From Clostridiales bacterium (GTDB lineage: Bacteria > Bacillota > Clostridia > DUOD01), in contig DUOD01000063.1 in the NCBI GenBank assembly GCA_012838995.1, positions 1,383 to 65,382 on the forward strand: DNA of 64,000 nucleotides. The letters run 5' to 3'. The translations under genes and the position numbers were made by a program. Shown here piece after piece: positions 1 to 10,939 of the stretch (the stretch's first letter is position 1; each line of letters opens with the position of its first letter). The notes below the pieces were generated by a model. That model was not told the DNA's origin. It saw nothing but the letters and a program-made list of their open reading frames with translations, and searched no databases.

Positions 1-508
1 TAACATCGGGATTGACGATTAGATCCAGATACCTCTGCCTGTACCTGATATCCACGTCCTTAAGCCCGTGCCACTTTTCGGGTAGCGGAAGCAAGGCTTT
101 GCTAAGAAGCGTCATTTTTTGGGCTTTTACAGATATTTCACCCTTTTTGGTTCTGAAAACCTCTCCGGTAACACCTATAATATCTCCGATATCATACAGC
201 TTAAACTCCTCGTAGCTCTGTTCTCCTATTTCATTTACGCGAATGTATATCTGAATTTTGCCTTCCCTGTCAGCAACATCGCAAAAACTTACCTTGCCGT
301 GTCCTCTCCTGGACATAATTCTACCCGCTATTGAAACGGTTTTACCTTCCAGCTCTTCAAAATTCTCTTTTATTGTTTTTGAATAATGGGTTCTGTCATA
401 CCTTTGTACACAAAAAGGTTTTACACCCATCTCCTCTAACTTTTTAAGCTTTTCTATCCTTATCCTCTGTATTTCGTTCATATCCTGCATTGCTTTTGTA
501 TCAGCCAT
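1..508 (-). CDS. lysS: Lysyl-tRNA synthetase, N-terminal part; the gene runs off the window start (ATG at 506-508 on the minus strand). Manual translation gives MADTKAMQDMNEIQRIRIEKLKKLEEMGVKPF...GKTVSIAGRIMSRRGHGKVSFCDVADREGKIQIY...; this ORF is not in the ORF track
   Basis: Manual minus-strand translation gives a typical class II LysRS anticodon-binding (OB-fold) N-terminus; conserved greA-lysS arrangement. Confidence 0.85.
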   Translation of the reverse strand, partial: MADTKAMQDMNEIQRIRIEKLKKLEEMGVKPFCVQRYDRTHYSKTIKENFEELEGKTVSIAGRIMSRRGHGKVSFCDVADREGKIQIYIRVNEIGEQSYEEFKLYDIGDIIGVTGEVFRTKKGEISVKAQKMTLLSKALLPLPEKWHGLKDVDIRYRQRYLDLIVNPDV

Positions 509-523
509 GACCAAACCTGCCTT

Positions 524-997
524 TTATTTTTTTATATCTAAGATTTTCATTTTTATGATTCCGTCGGGGACTATAACTTCTACTTCAGAATTCACAGTCT
601 TGCCTATTAGGGCTCTGCCCACCGGTGACTCATTGGAAATTTTCGCTTTGCCGGGATCTGCCTCAGCAGATCCTACTATCTTATATTCCAGCTCTTCATT
701 TGTTTCTACATCCAGCACCTTTACCGTGGATCCAATACTTACAACATCGGTGGTTATATCTTCATCGTCTATAACCTTGGCATTCTTTAACATTTTCTCC
801 AGAGTAGCGATTCTTCCTTCTATGAAAGCCTGTTCATTCTTCGCTTCGTCGTACTCGGAATTCTCGCTAAGATCTCCAAAGGCAATAGCGTGTTTAATTC
901 TATTTGCGATCTCTCTCCTCTTTACGGTCTTTAAATAATTCAACTCTTCTTCAAGCCTGGCTACTCCCTCCAGAGTTAAAATCACTTGCTTGTTCAT
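524..997 (-). CDS. greA: Transcription elongation factor GreA (start at the internal MNKQ; SD ggaggaga 7 nt upstream)
   Basis: Translation shows GreA coiled-coil and FKBP-like C-terminal domain motifs ([47 protein letters not shown]). Confidence 0.92.
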   Translation of the reverse strand: MNKQVILTLEGVARLEEELNYLKTVKRREIANRIKHAIAFGDLSENSEYDEAKNEQAFIEGRIATLEKMLKNAKVIDDEDITTDVVSIGSTVKVLDVETNEELEYKIVGSAEADPGKAKISNESPVGRALIGKTVNSEVEVIVPDGIIKMKILDIKK

Positions 998-1126
998 GCT
1001 ATTCTCTCCTCCATTTAAATTTGTATCCACGATGCTGCATGTTGATAATATATGCCATACTTGTACAATTATTCTTGATCCAAGCTGGAAAATTCAGCAG
1101 CAGCGATACCCCCTCTAATAATAATA

Positions 1127-1161
1127 AGCACTGTAAAGATATACCACACAATACAGTGCTT
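1127..1161 (-). terminator. Rho-independent terminator (10-bp stem aagcactgta/tacagtgctt, followed by a U-tract on the minus transcript) downstream of the 1228-2241 gene
   Basis: Inverted repeat plus T-run read from the sequence. Confidence 0.6.
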
Positions 1162-1227
1162 CAAACACCCCGGTTAAATATTGTTTTAATTATAAAATAC
1201 GCTCTATCCAATGTCAAGCATAGAATG

Positions 1228-2241
1228 CTACTTATAAATGGAAGCCAACGCCCGATAGACTTCCCTATGGGCCAGTATTTTATCATTTAAGTGCAAAGCC
1301 TCTACATCAATACCTCTGTCATTAATAACCCTGACAAGTTTTTTTATGTGCTCCCATTGTATTTCCTTTGCTTCATAAACCGTCCTAAAATCCCTATCGT
1401 CAAAGAGCATGCACTCCCACACCAAATGCTCCAGCCCTGCAAAACTCTCATCCATACCCGTAGATATATCAGGTGGCATTTTAAGAAACGAATCGTTCAC
1501 CCAAAGGCCGTTTAAAGGACTACCCTGGGTATAATTGCTTCCCGATAGGTTTATTACCAGTTTTGTTTGATCAATCCCCTCAAGATATTGTCTTTGGGGT
1601 ATGGTATCCAAAATAATTATTTTGCATTTGTTTGTTATGCTTTCAATATTTTGCGTGGTACCCACCGCCAACCCCAATTGATTAAACAATTCATCATAAA
1701 GGCTTTGATTTTCCCACATCTTTGGTTCATAACCTGTTATATAGTTGGAATATCCGGCCAATAGATACAGCATAAACCTTTTTCTAGTTTTGTGGCGGCA
1801 TATTATCCCTATCTCCTGGGCAGCAAAATCCACACCGCATTTGTCTATAATTCTGATGATATATAGTAACATAGCCATCTCCTTAATAAAAGAACGGGTG
1901 AGTACCTGTCTTCCTTTTTCCCTTAGTATATCGGCCATTTGTCGGTTTATTGTATTGTGTATTTTACCCAGGTGGATCCTCCCTATATCCAGCCTATCCA
2001 ATAACTTTTCCAATGCCTTTACCGTCTTTAGGATTTTATCAAAAGGCAACTTGTGTTCAACAAATGATGGGATGGAAATTATCCATCCCATGTCATCCAA
2101 CGGATATATTGCCCTCGGTCCCAAGGATTTCTTTACCCGTCCTAAAATGCCCGGGGGAAGACATTTAAGCCATTTGTAATAAGGCATATGGTTATCGGGC
2201 AAAATATCCACCACCACCCCAAATCTTTCCACGAACAGCAC
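1228..2241 (-). CDS. Conserved hypothetical protein (337 aa), possibly DUF3866-like
   Basis: Long ORF in a coding context; no recognisable catalytic motif; family assignment is from memory only. Confidence 0.5.
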   Translation of the reverse strand: MLFVERFGVVVDILPDNHMPYYKWLKCLPPGILGRVKKSLGPRAIYPLDDMGWIISIPSFVEHKLPFDKILKTVKALEKLLDRLDIGRIHLGKIHNTINRQMADILREKGRQVLTRSFIKEMAMLLYIIRIIDKCGVDFAAQEIGIICRHKTRKRFMLYLLAGYSNYITGYEPKMWENQSLYDELFNQLGLAVGTTQNIESITNKCKIIILDTIPQRQYLEGIDQTKLVINLSGSNYTQGSPLNGLWVNDSFLKMPPDISTGMDESFAGLEHLVWECMLFDDRDFRTVYEAKEIQWEHIKKLVRVINDRGIDVEALHLNDKILAHREVYRALASIYK

Positions 2242-2247
2242 CCCCGC

Positions 2248-3159
2248 TCATTGAAGGTACTCCACCCTATGACCGAACCCAACTTTTTTAAGCAACATAT
2301 CATAGTGTCGTTGGGTTGCCTGATGGGGCATTTTACCTAAAAGGCTTATGAGTATGGCTTCGATCACATTGGTACCAAAGGATCGGCCCTTTATGTTAGG
2401 CGTTGATGTGATTAACATCCTAACTCCCCGTTCCTTAAGGGTATTTATATCATCCAACGTTACCGTGTTGGTGATAATGACTTTCCCATTTAGCCTTTGG
2501 GGCATATGCTTTTTTATATACAAAAAATCACCGGCTATGATATCGGCGTCATAATAATATTTATGGAAAATGCTTTTATTTTGTTGTCGGCTTTGGTATT
2601 TACCCGTTGGATATAGCATTTCAATGGGCAGCCTGGAAACAACGGGCATGAATATTGATGCCAGATTTTTTATTGTCCTCATGGTCTTCACCGGAAGGGG
2701 TATGCCCAGGGCAAACATAGCATCCCCATACACAACGTCGGCACCCAATTCCTCAAAGGCCTCGGCCATGCCATATCTGTCCATTGCACAAACCAGCAGT
2801 ACTTTGCTGGCTTTAATATCTATACCGCAGTTGTGACAGGCATAATATATGACCCTTTTTTCCATCAAATTTTTCAAACCCGAACCGTCAACTATAGGGG
2901 TTTTGACAGCAGCCTTGTATATTGGAAGGGCGGCCTTGATTACATATCTCTTTTTAGTACTGCTGTATACATATAAATCTATTCCGCCCATGCCAAAGGC
3001 GTCTATTTTACCGTCCAAACTCCTTATTATCTCTATGGCCTTGTTTATGTCACCGTCGGTACCTATGCGTTGTACCAGTATTTTTTGACCCAGCGCTTCC
3101 AACTCTACGCTATGGTCCCTTGCAGACGACCCGATGCTGACACTTACTACCCTCTTCAT
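2248..3159 (-). CDS. Conserved hypothetical protein (303 aa), often annotated quinate/shikimate 5-dehydrogenase-like in thermophilic Clostridia
   Basis: Long ORF with a 6-nt gap to the upstream gene (likely operon); family assignment from memory. Confidence 0.5.
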   Translation of the reverse strand: MKRVVSVSIGSSARDHSVELEALGQKILVQRIGTDGDINKAIEIIRSLDGKIDAFGMGGIDLYVYSSTKKRYVIKAALPIYKAAVKTPIVDGSGLKNLMEKRVIYYACHNCGIDIKASKVLLVCAMDRYGMAEAFEELGADVVYGDAMFALGIPLPVKTMRTIKNLASIFMPVVSRLPIEMLYPTGKYQSRQQNKSIFHKYYYDADIIAGDFLYIKKHMPQRLNGKVIITNTVTLDDINTLKERGVRMLITSTPNIKGRSFGTNVIEAILISLLGKMPHQATQRHYDMLLKKVGFGHRVEYLQ

Positions 3160-3333
3160 CTACTCCTCCTAAAATATATTAATTGGATGCATGTTTTATT
3201 ACCCAATCTTTATTCTTAAAGTCCGTACAGTTTATTGCCGTTATAGGGGTTACAAGGGTAGATTGCCCTATTATAGGTAAAACTTATTTTTCTCGAGTCT
3301 ATTCTGCACATTTTTAAAATTTATATTCACTGC

Positions 3334-4323
3334 CTAATCTTCGATAGGGGACGGAATATTTGCTAAATATCCTCTGTATTCCTCAATCAATACCTCCATT
3401 TCCTTTTTATCCGAAACCGAATTAACCTTACGCCTAAAGTCAGCGGCCTTGGGCAATCCCTTTACATACCAGGCCATATGTTTTCGCATCTCCATTACCG
3501 CCACCCCTTCACCTTTATGGGCACAAGCAAGATCGAGATGCTTTTTACAAGTATCAAGAATTGCATTGTAATCGGGCTTGCCTATTAACCTTCCGGTTTT
3601 TTGATATTCCAATATGCTTTTAAAGATCCATGGATTTCCCCGAGCACCCCGGGCTACCATAACACCCTGACAGCCGGTATGCTCCAGCATTTTCTTGGCA
3701 TCTTGGGGTGTAAAAACATCCCCGTTTCCTATAACGGGAATGGTCAGCCTGTCGGCTACCTTTTTTATAATATCCCAATCCGCTCTGCCGGAATAAAGCT
3801 GAACGGCCGTCCGGCCGTGAACCGTCACGGCACTGGCCCCTTCTTCCTGGGCTATCAATGCTATTTCCAGCGCATTTACACTGTCCTCATCCCAACCCTT
3901 TCTCATCTTTACGGTAACAGGCTTACCCGCCTCTCGTACCACCCGGGATACTATTTCCCTTACAAGCTTGGGCTTTAACATCAGGGAACAACCTTCACCG
4001 TTTTTCACAATCTTGGGCGCAGGACAGCCCATGTTAATATCTATAAGGGCGACTTCACTGTCTCTTAATCTGGCGGCGGTTTCTGCCATAATACCCGGAT
4101 CGGAACCAAATATCTGTACACCCACCGGTTTTTCTTCAGGATGGATGTCCAGCAATTCCTCAGTTTTTTTGCTGCCGTAGTGCAGTCCCTTGGCGCTTAC
4201 CATTTCAGTATAAACCATGGCGCAACCTTTGTCTTTACACAGCAACCTAAAGGGCAAATCGGTTATACCCGCCATGGGTGCTAAAAACAAATTATTTTCC
4301 AATTGAATGTCAGCTATCCTCAT
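3334..4323 (-). CDS. dusB: tRNA-dihydrouridine synthase B
   Basis: FMN-binding TIM-barrel Dus motifs (LAPMAGITD, NMGCP, conserved Cys in GCSLMLKP). Confidence 0.92.
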   Translation of the reverse strand: MRIADIQLENNLFLAPMAGITDLPFRLLCKDKGCAMVYTEMVSAKGLHYGSKKTEELLDIHPEEKPVGVQIFGSDPGIMAETAARLRDSEVALIDINMGCPAPKIVKNGEGCSLMLKPKLVREIVSRVVREAGKPVTVKMRKGWDEDSVNALEIALIAQEEGASAVTVHGRTAVQLYSGRADWDIIKKVADRLTIPVIGNGDVFTPQDAKKMLEHTGCQGVMVARGARGNPWIFKSILEYQKTGRLIGKPDYNAILDTCKKHLDLACAHKGEGVAVMEMRKHMAWYVKGLPKAADFRRKVNSVSDKKEMEVLIEEYRGYLANIPSPIED

Positions 4324-4383
4324 AGCAATTAAATCTCCCGATTAATATATTATCTAGATTTTACTCTACATTAAAAAAATATT

Positions 4384-4408
4384 AAAAATAAAAAACTGCC
4401 GAGGCAGT
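4384..4408 (-). terminator. Hairpin ctgcc-ga-ggcag flanked by A-run and T-run; terminator for the 4412-4918 gene, possibly bidirectional
   Basis: Read from the sequence. Confidence 0.6.
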
Positions 4409-4411
4409 TTT

Positions 4412-4918
4412 TTATTCCTTAACATCGTATATTTTCCAAGAACGATCAACCTTCATAAGGTGTACTTCCTTTTTGCCGTTGTCCCATTCGGGCACCGCCA
4501 CCTGTAAATCTTCGTCATTATCTTGGGTATTCTTTAAATTAAAAGAATAAATACTCTCCTCAACATCTACCTTTATGGTATCCTTCCAGGGCCACGGCCA
4601 CATGAAATCAATATCGATATTATAAGCAAAGGATTCTATGGGATATCCCTTATACCTTTTATCGGACAGCTTTGGAGAGGTTTTAATATAGTCCATGGTA
4701 AAAAAATTCCGCAACAAAATTTCGGTTTCTTCATCATCGGGCAAGATAACGCTATTGGCCCTAACCTCCATACCTTCTTCCACTATTATATATATATTGG
4801 AGGTTTGGTAGGCCATAAACCCACCCATTATCAAAATAGAAGCCACCACTATAATAAGCACCAATCTCTTTAATATTACCAATAAGACCTTCGTCAGTGT
4901 ATCGTTCAAGCTGCCCAC
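4412..4918 (-). CDS. Hypothetical single-pass membrane protein (168 aa); GTG/TTG start uncertain
   Basis: N-terminal hydrophobic helix LVLIIVVASILIMGGF; no family recognised. Confidence 0.55.
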   Translation of the reverse strand: MGSLNDTLTKVLLVILKRLVLIIVVASILIMGGFMAYQTSNIYIIVEEGMEVRANSVILPDDEETEILLRNFFTMDYIKTSPKLSDKRYKGYPIESFAYNIDIDFMWPWPWKDTIKVDVEESIYSFNLKNTQDNDEDLQVAVPEWDNGKKEVHLMKVDRSWKIYDVKE

Positions 4919-5053
4919 CGCCTCACAATTATTACAAAAAGTTTATAATTTATAATATCACACTTTATTTTTCTTGTAAATTTATGTTATATTGCAATCC
5001 TCGGCAACAGGGAAATATACCTTCGTTCAACCTTTGGGTAAAGGTCATCCTCT

Positions 5054-5821
5054 TTAAACCATATTTCTCTTATAAACAATGCGCAACCCTTCCAGCGTGA
5101 GGAGTTCGTTTATATGGTTTATGGTCTGGGACTCGTTGGCTATTAATCTGGCCAGTCCTCCCGTAGCCACCACCCTTACGTCGGTATTAAGCTCTTGTTT
5201 CATCCTATTTACTATATAGTCAACCTGGCCCACATATCCGTAGAAAATCCCCGCCTGAATGCTGTTAACGGTATTTTTGCATATAACGGTTTCAGGTTTG
5301 ACCAGCTCAACTCTGGGCAACTTGGCCGCCCTTTGGAATAAAGCCTCGGAAGATATTTTTATACCCGGGGCTATGGCGCCCCCTATATATTCCCCGTTTT
5401 TGGACACCACGCAAAAGGTGGTGGCCGTGCCAAAATCTATTATTATCACCGGACCTCCGTAGAGTTCGTAGGCGGCAACGGCATTAACTATTCTGTCCGC
5501 CCCGACTTCCTTGGGGTTATCATACTTTATGTGCATACCCGTCTTTATGCCGGGACCTACCACCAAGGCCTTTATATTAAAATATTTTTTGGCCATAAGC
5601 TCCAAGGAGTTCATTAAGCTGGGCACCACCGACGAAATGATTATACCCTTTATCTTATCGGGTTTAATGCCTTCATGGTTAAACAACTGTAATATCAACA
5701 TGCCCAATTCATCGGCCAATTTATCCCTATCGGTGGATAACCGCCAATAGGCCACCAGTTCATCAGCCTTGTATACACCTAAAACGGTATTTGTATTACC
5801 TACATCCATTGCCAATATCAA
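5054..5821 (-). CDS. coaX: Type III pantothenate kinase
   Basis: [12 protein letters not shown]..., GADR, ATGGLA motifs of the Bvg accessory factor/CoaX family. Confidence 0.92.
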   Translation of the reverse strand: MILAMDVGNTNTVLGVYKADELVAYWRLSTDRDKLADELGMLILQLFNHEGIKPDKIKGIIISSVVPSLMNSLELMAKKYFNIKALVVGPGIKTGMHIKYDNPKEVGADRIVNAVAAYELYGGPVIIIDFGTATTFCVVSKNGEYIGGAIAPGIKISSEALFQRAAKLPRVELVKPETVICKNTVNSIQAGIFYGYVGQVDYIVNRMKQELNTDVRVVATGGLARLIANESQTINHINELLTLEGLRIVYKRNMV

Positions 5822-5869
5822 AACACAACACCTTCTTTACACATCAATAGACAGGCATGCACCTGTCTA

Positions 5870-6382
5870 TTATTTTTTTCGTATTTTTTTAATAATCCTA
5901 TACAGCAAAAGGGTTATCACCGCAGCCAAAACGGCTTCCGGTATGCCATGTAATGCTGCCACACCCAATGCCGCTTGGTAGGGTATGAGCTTAAACAGTA
6001 CGCCCAGCCCCAGCACACCGATGGTATTGGTAGCCGAGCCTACCACCGCTGACAGGGTAGCTGACAGGGTATCGTTTTTTATCAGTCTAAACACGCAATA
6101 TGTAGTAACGGCTATTAATACCCTGGGCAGAATGGCAACCACTGGGTGCATCAGCAAAGGATTGGCGGCGGTAAAAAAGCTGGTAAAACCGAAAATTAGG
6201 CCGACGAAAATGCCCACCACCGGTCCTTCCAGCAATGTCGCCAATATTACCACCACGTGAAGTATCGTAGCCCTGCCTGCAGCCGTAGGTACCGGTATTA
6301 AACCCAGACCGGTTATACCCAGTACCGCCGTTAATGCTCCCAGCAGTGCAATAGTCGTGATTTTCCTCGTGCTTAAAACCAT
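5870..6382 (-). CDS. ECF transporter S component (substrate-capture subunit); candidate BioY (or PanT) given its position between birA and coaX
   Basis: 170-aa polytopic membrane protein, 5-6 TM, directly downstream of birA. Confidence 0.6.
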   Translation of the reverse strand: MVLSTRKITTIALLGALTAVLGITGLGLIPVPTAAGRATILHVVVILATLLEGPVVGIFVGLIFGFTSFFTAANPLLMHPVVAILPRVLIAVTTYCVFRLIKNDTLSATLSAVVGSATNTIGVLGLGVLFKLIPYQAALGVAALHGIPEAVLAAVITLLLYRIIKKIRKK

Positions 6383-6516
6383 TTTCCTTACCTCCGCTTT
6401 AGTTCCTGTTTGGATACCAAACGGGACTTCATTTTATTTTTTTAGTATTGCAAAAGTCCGACTCCCCAAGGATATCGGCTATAATGGTAATATAATATCA
6501 AAAAAGCTACCTTTTT

Positions 6517-7527
6517 TCAATAAAGTCTTAAGGAAACATCGCCGGTTAAAATTTTGTGTTGTTCATTACCGTCATCCACCAGCAAAATACTGCCATCGTC
6601 ATAAAAATCCACCACCCGGCCGTATAAATTTTTTTCAGGCGTTGTTATTACCACATCTTTGCCCAATACGATGGATAATTTCTTATACTCTTCCTTCATT
6701 TTGCCCAAGGATTTGGTTTGGAGAAATCCAATATAATGCTGCTCTATACTGTATAACATTTGCAGAGCCACCTCTTTTCTGCCATATCTTTGACCGCTTT
6801 CAATGTACAATGACGTGGCCGTTGACCTAAGCTCCCCGGGAAAGTGACGGGATTTAAAATTTACATTAAGGCCGATGCCCGCGATTATGTAATTTACCCT
6901 GTCCACCTCGGCACTCAGCTCCATTAGTATGCCGCATACCTTCCTGCCGTTTATCACCAAATCGTTGGGCCATTTAAGACCAATATCCAGATGGGTAAGC
7001 TTTCTCAAAGCTTTGCATATGGCCAGACCTATTACAAGGGTTAAACATGCAACATTGTTAGGTTTAATATCCGGCCGCAGGATAATGGACATCCAAAGAC
7101 CTCCCGCCGGTGGGGATATCCAGTGCCTGCCCATCCTGCCCTTACCGTCGGTCTGGCTGTCGGCTATTACAACGGTACCTTCCACACTCCCCTCTTCAGC
7201 AAGTTCCTTTGCCAGCCTATTGGTTGAATGGATGCTGTCGTAAACAAAAATACTGTTTCCTATAAATATTGTATCAAGTCTGCATTTAAGTTGAAAATCT
7301 GAAAGGATATCGGGGCTGTCAAGCAACATATGCCCCTTTCTGGATTTGGATATTATTTTATGCCCTTGGGCCTTAAGGGCCTTTATATGTTTGTATACGG
7401 CAGACCTTGTTATTCCCAATTGGCTGCTGATTTTTTGCCCTGACACGTATTCGCCTAGGTTATCGTGCAGTATCTTAAATATCCTTTCTCTCAATGTTCG
7501 TGCCTCCGATTGCCTTATATTTGCCAT
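6517..7527 (-). CDS. birA: Bifunctional biotin--[acetyl-CoA-carboxylase] ligase / biotin operon repressor BirA
   Basis: N-terminal HTH (GEYVSGQKISSQLGITRSAVYKHIKAL), GRGRMGRHW biotin-binding loop, C-terminal SH3-like domain. Confidence 0.92.
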   Translation of the reverse strand: MANIRQSEARTLRERIFKILHDNLGEYVSGQKISSQLGITRSAVYKHIKALKAQGHKIISKSRKGHMLLDSPDILSDFQLKCRLDTIFIGNSIFVYDSIHSTNRLAKELAEEGSVEGTVVIADSQTDGKGRMGRHWISPPAGGLWMSIILRPDIKPNNVACLTLVIGLAICKALRKLTHLDIGLKWPNDLVINGRKVCGILMELSAEVDRVNYIIAGIGLNVNFKSRHFPGELRSTATSLYIESGQRYGRKEVALQMLYSIEQHYIGFLQTKSLGKMKEEYKKLSIVLGKDVVITTPEKNLYGRVVDFYDDGSILLVDDGNEQHKILTGDVSLRLY

Positions 7528-7580
7528 AAAGTCTTTTTTGTATATTTTTTCTTTATATCGATTAAAAATTATAAAAGAAG

Positions 7581-8300
7581 TTATTCAAATAAAAATATAT
7601 TCAAACTTTTATAGGTGGGAAAATCCACCCTGTCGTTTAACGGAAGATTGTGATCCTTTTTATACTTGATCAATGCCGATTTCATGCCCTCGCCGAAAAT
7701 CCCGTCCAGCTCCCCGGTATAATACCCGAGGTTTTTCAGCCGTTTTTGTACTTCCAGCACCTTTGAACTCCTGTCACCTACATATAGTTCGGTTAAATCG
7801 CTGCCCAGATTGCCATAGGGACCACCGTATACCACCACAGGCGTTCCTATATCCACCCTATCATATAATTCCTCTACATCGGCATTGTACATACGAAAAC
7901 AGCCATGGGAAGCCGCAGAACCTATGGTATAAGGTTTGTTCGTCCCATGAATACCGTATATGCCCCAGGGAACGTTAAGTCCCAACCATCTGCTCCCAAA
8001 ACCCGAACCCCAATTTTTTCTCATGTTTTTGATTTTCCATACGCCGATGGGTGACGGCGATGCCGGTTTGCCTATTGCCACGGCATATCTGCTTACAAGC
8101 TTGTTGCCTTCAAACAAATAGAGCTGTCTCTCGTTTAAATCTATGAAAATACACATATCCCGCTTGCCGGCATCGTTTTCAACAGCTTCCCGGTATGAAT
8201 AATCCGCCCTGCCGGTATCCACATTACCTGCCATGGAGTTGTATATGTTAATGAGCAATAAAAAACCCGGTATCAACAACAATAAAACATATCTCTTCAT
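7581..8300 (-). CDS. L,D-transpeptidase (YkuD domain) with C-terminal peptidoglycan-binding domain
   Basis: Catalytic motif HGTNKPYTIGSAASHGCFRM; C-terminal PG_binding_1-like LKNLGYYTGELDGIFG; signal peptide. Confidence 0.85.
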   Translation of the reverse strand: MKRYVLLLLIPGFLLLINIYNSMAGNVDTGRADYSYREAVENDAGKRDMCIFIDLNERQLYLFEGNKLVSRYAVAIGKPASPSPIGVWKIKNMRKNWGSGFGSRWLGLNVPWGIYGIHGTNKPYTIGSAASHGCFRMYNADVEELYDRVDIGTPVVVYGGPYGNLGSDLTELYVGDRSSKVLEVQKRLKNLGYYTGELDGIFGEGMKSALIKYKKDHNLPLNDRVDFPTYKSLNIFLFE

Positions 8301-8433
8301 GATACGCCTCCAAAGTTTCAGCCGCAGCGCTGGAATATGGGTTTCGATACTACTTTATATGCACATGGAAAGTTAATTATTAAATGAACAAACATATTTT
8401 AAATAAAAAGCGGGTTATTGATAACCCGCTTAA

Positions 8434-10251
8434 TTAAGCACTTGCAAATACCTCTTCAAATTCTTGTACATCAAGTTTTTCTTTTTCCAGCAGCGTATTG
8501 GCTACTTTGTGAAGCTTATCTATATTCTCCCTAAGCAAAGTTTCCGCTTTTTTATATGCTGCGTCTATTATGGTTTTTATTTCTTTATCAATGGAGGCTG
8601 CGATTTTTTCGCTGTAATTTCTGTGGGTACCAAAATCCTTACCCAGGAAAATCTCATCCTGTTTTCCACCGAAAGTAATGGGCCCTAGTTTATCGCTCAT
8701 ACCGTATCGGGTAACCATCTTACGTACTATCGTGGTAGCCCTTTCAATATCATTGGAAGCTCCGGTACTTATATCATGCAATACCAAGTCCTCGGCTACC
8801 CTGCCTCCCAATAACTGTACCACCTGGTCCATCATCTCGGATTTGGACACAAAATACTTATCCTCCTTTGGAAGGGTAAGGGTGTACCCTCCTGCCATGC
8901 CTCTGGGTATTATTGAAATCTGGTGTACGGGGTCGGCATTGGGCAGCAGCTTGGAAATTATGGCATGACCTGCTTCATGGTATGCCACCAACCTTTTATC
9001 CTTTTCAGTCATTACCCTGCTCTTTTTCTCAGGTCCGGCTATTACCCTTGTTATGGCTTCTTCCAGTTCTTCCATTTCAATCTGTTTTTTATTTTTCCTG
9101 GCAGCCAAAATGGCCGATTCATTCATAAGATTCTCTATATCGGCTCCGGTGAATCCCGGCGTTCGCTTGGCCAGTATCTTAAGGTCCACATCATCAGCCA
9201 AGGGTTTGCCCCTGGAGTGTACCTTTAAAATCTCCTCCCGGCCTTTAACATCCGGAACGCCCACCACTACCTGTCTGTCGAAACGGCCCGGTCTTAACAG
9301 GGCAGGGTCGAGGATATCCGGCCTGTTGGTAGCGGCCAGTATTATAATGCCTTCGTTTACACCAAAGCCATCCATTTCCACCAATAGCTGGTTTAATGTT
9401 TGTTCCCTTTCATCATGGCCTCCGCCCAGTCCTGCACCTCGATGTCGTCCCACAGCGTCTATTTCGTCGATAAATACAATACACGGTGTGTTCTTCTTTG
9501 CCTGTTCAAATAGGTCCCTAACCCTGGAAGCACCTACCCCGACGAACATTTCAACAAAATCAGAACCGCTTATGCTAAAAAAGGGTACGCCGGCCTCTCC
9601 GGCAACCGCTCTGGCCAATAGGGTCTTACCCGTCCCGGGAGGACCCACCAACAGCACGCCCTTGGGTATTCTTGCCCCCAGCTCAACAAAGCGCTTGGGG
9701 TTTTTTAAAAACTCAACTATCTCCCTAAGCTCTTCCTTTTCCTCATCCGCTCCGGCAACCTCATCAAATGTTACACGACGCTTACTATCCGTATGCATCT
9801 TTGCTCGGCTCTTGCCAAAACTCATCACCCTGTTGCCCCCACCTTGGGATTGCTGCATAAAGAAAAACCAAAAAACCAAAAATAATATGGTTATCACGAT
9901 AAATGGCAGTAAGGATAACCACCAAGCAGGTTCAGGCTCAGGTTGGCTACTAAAATTTATTTTACCTTCCTTGATTAAAGGATGTATTTCCTGCATAAAT
10001 ATATTTGTATCTGGTACATAGGATTTGTAATCCGTACCATCGTTTAATTCGCCAGTAACATCATTGCCTACCAGAACAACGCTTTTTATATTATCGTTGT
10101 GCATTTGTTGGATCAGTTGGTCGTATTGCAGCTCTTGTACTCTGCTATCCCTAGTTCCGAATACGTTAGCCATTATTATTATCATAGCTAAAATCAATAT
10201 ATAAAAACCAGGGCCCCTCAAAAATCTCCGCAACAATAGCCCTCCTTTCAA
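8434..10251 (-). CDS. ftsH: ATP-dependent zinc metalloprotease FtsH
   Basis: Two N-terminal TMs, Walker [17 protein letters not shown] zinc motif. Confidence 0.97.
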   Translation of the reverse strand: MKGGLLLRRFLRGPGFYILILAMIIIMANVFGTRDSRVQELQYDQLIQQMHNDNIKSVVLVGNDVTGELNDGTDYKSYVPDTNIFMQEIHPLIKEGKINFSSQPEPEPAWWLSLLPFIVITILFLVFWFFFMQQSQGGGNRVMSFGKSRAKMHTDSKRRVTFDEVAGADEEKEELREIVEFLKNPKRFVELGARIPKGVLLVGPPGTGKTLLARAVAGEAGVPFFSISGSDFVEMFVGVGASRVRDLFEQAKKNTPCIVFIDEIDAVGRHRGAGLGGGHDEREQTLNQLLVEMDGFGVNEGIIILAATNRPDILDPALLRPGRFDRQVVVGVPDVKGREEILKVHSRGKPLADDVDLKILAKRTPGFTGADIENLMNESAILAARKNKKQIEMEELEEAITRVIAGPEKKSRVMTEKDKRLVAYHEAGHAIISKLLPNADPVHQISIIPRGMAGGYTLTLPKEDKYFVSKSEMMDQVVQLLGGRVAEDLVLHDISTGASNDIERATTIVRKMVTRYGMSDKLGPITFGGKQDEIFLGKDFGTHRNYSEKIAASIDKEIKTIIDAAYKKAETLLRENIDKLHKVANTLLEKEKLDVQEFEEVFASA

Positions 10252-10347
10252 AATCTGTCATTGTTTTACCATCTAATAATTTTAACATAATATTATTATT
10301 TTCACAATATAAAGCACTGCAACGGCCTTAAGCCATCAACAGCCCGG

Positions 10348-10893
10348 TTACCGGTTATTCTCATAAATTTCCGGTTTTAAAATAGAAACATAGGGCAGAT
10401 TTCTGTATTTTTCGGCATAATCCAGGCCGTATCCTACCACAAACTCATCGGGTATATCAAAACCCTTGTAATCAACCTTAACATCCACCATCCTACGGCT
10501 GGGTTTATCCAAAAAACAACATATCTTTATGCTGGAAGGCTTTCTGGATTTTAAGTTGTCCACCAAATAGTTGAGGGTAAGGCCCGTATCCACTATATCT
10601 TCAACTATGAGTACGTGTTTGCCTTCTATAATTTCATCCAAGTCCTTCAATATCCTGACAACACCGGAGGAGTGTGTCGCATCGCCATAACTGGAAACCG
10701 CAATAAAGTCCATAACTATGGGCAGTTTTATTTCCCTTGCCAAGTCTGAAAAAAACATCACGGCTCCCTTTAATACACCTATCAAAACCAATTCTTTGCC
10801 CGCATAGTCACGGGTTATTTGCTGTCCCAATTCCCGTACCCGTTTAGTTAACTCTTCCTGGGAAATTAGTATCTTGCTTTGATCCCTTTCCAT
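10348..10893 (-). CDS. hpt: Hypoxanthine-guanine phosphoribosyltransferase (start at MERDQSKIL; SD gggagga)
   Basis: PRPP-binding motif VLIVEDIVDTGLT; conserved tilS-hpt-ftsH order. Confidence 0.92.
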   Translation of the reverse strand: MERDQSKILISQEELTKRVRELGQQITRDYAGKELVLIGVLKGAVMFFSDLAREIKLPIVMDFIAVSSYGDATHSSGVVRILKDLDEIIEGKHVLIVEDIVDTGLTLNYLVDNLKSRKPSSIKICCFLDKPSRRMVDVKVDYKGFDIPDEFVVGYGLDYAEKYRNLPYVSILKPEIYENNR

Positions 10894-10939
10894 ACATTTC
10901 CTCCCCATTTCGCTCTTTTTATATAAATACAAACCAAAG

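Noticed and set aside
524-1030. Longer GreA start ([15 protein letters not shown]...)
   Set aside because: A strong SD (ggaggaga) precedes the internal ATG at 997, and the alignment-expected N-terminus begins at MNKQ.
7528-7620. Direct repeat TTTGAATA x2 as a possible BirA operator
   Set aside because: It does not resemble known BirA palindromes and lies mostly within the 3' coding end of the L,D-transpeptidase gene.
9053-10021. 322-aa ORF on the + strand
   Set aside because: Lies entirely antisense within ftsH. Its composition is low-complexity Ser/Pro-rich, typical of antisense frames in GC-rich coding; no RBS.
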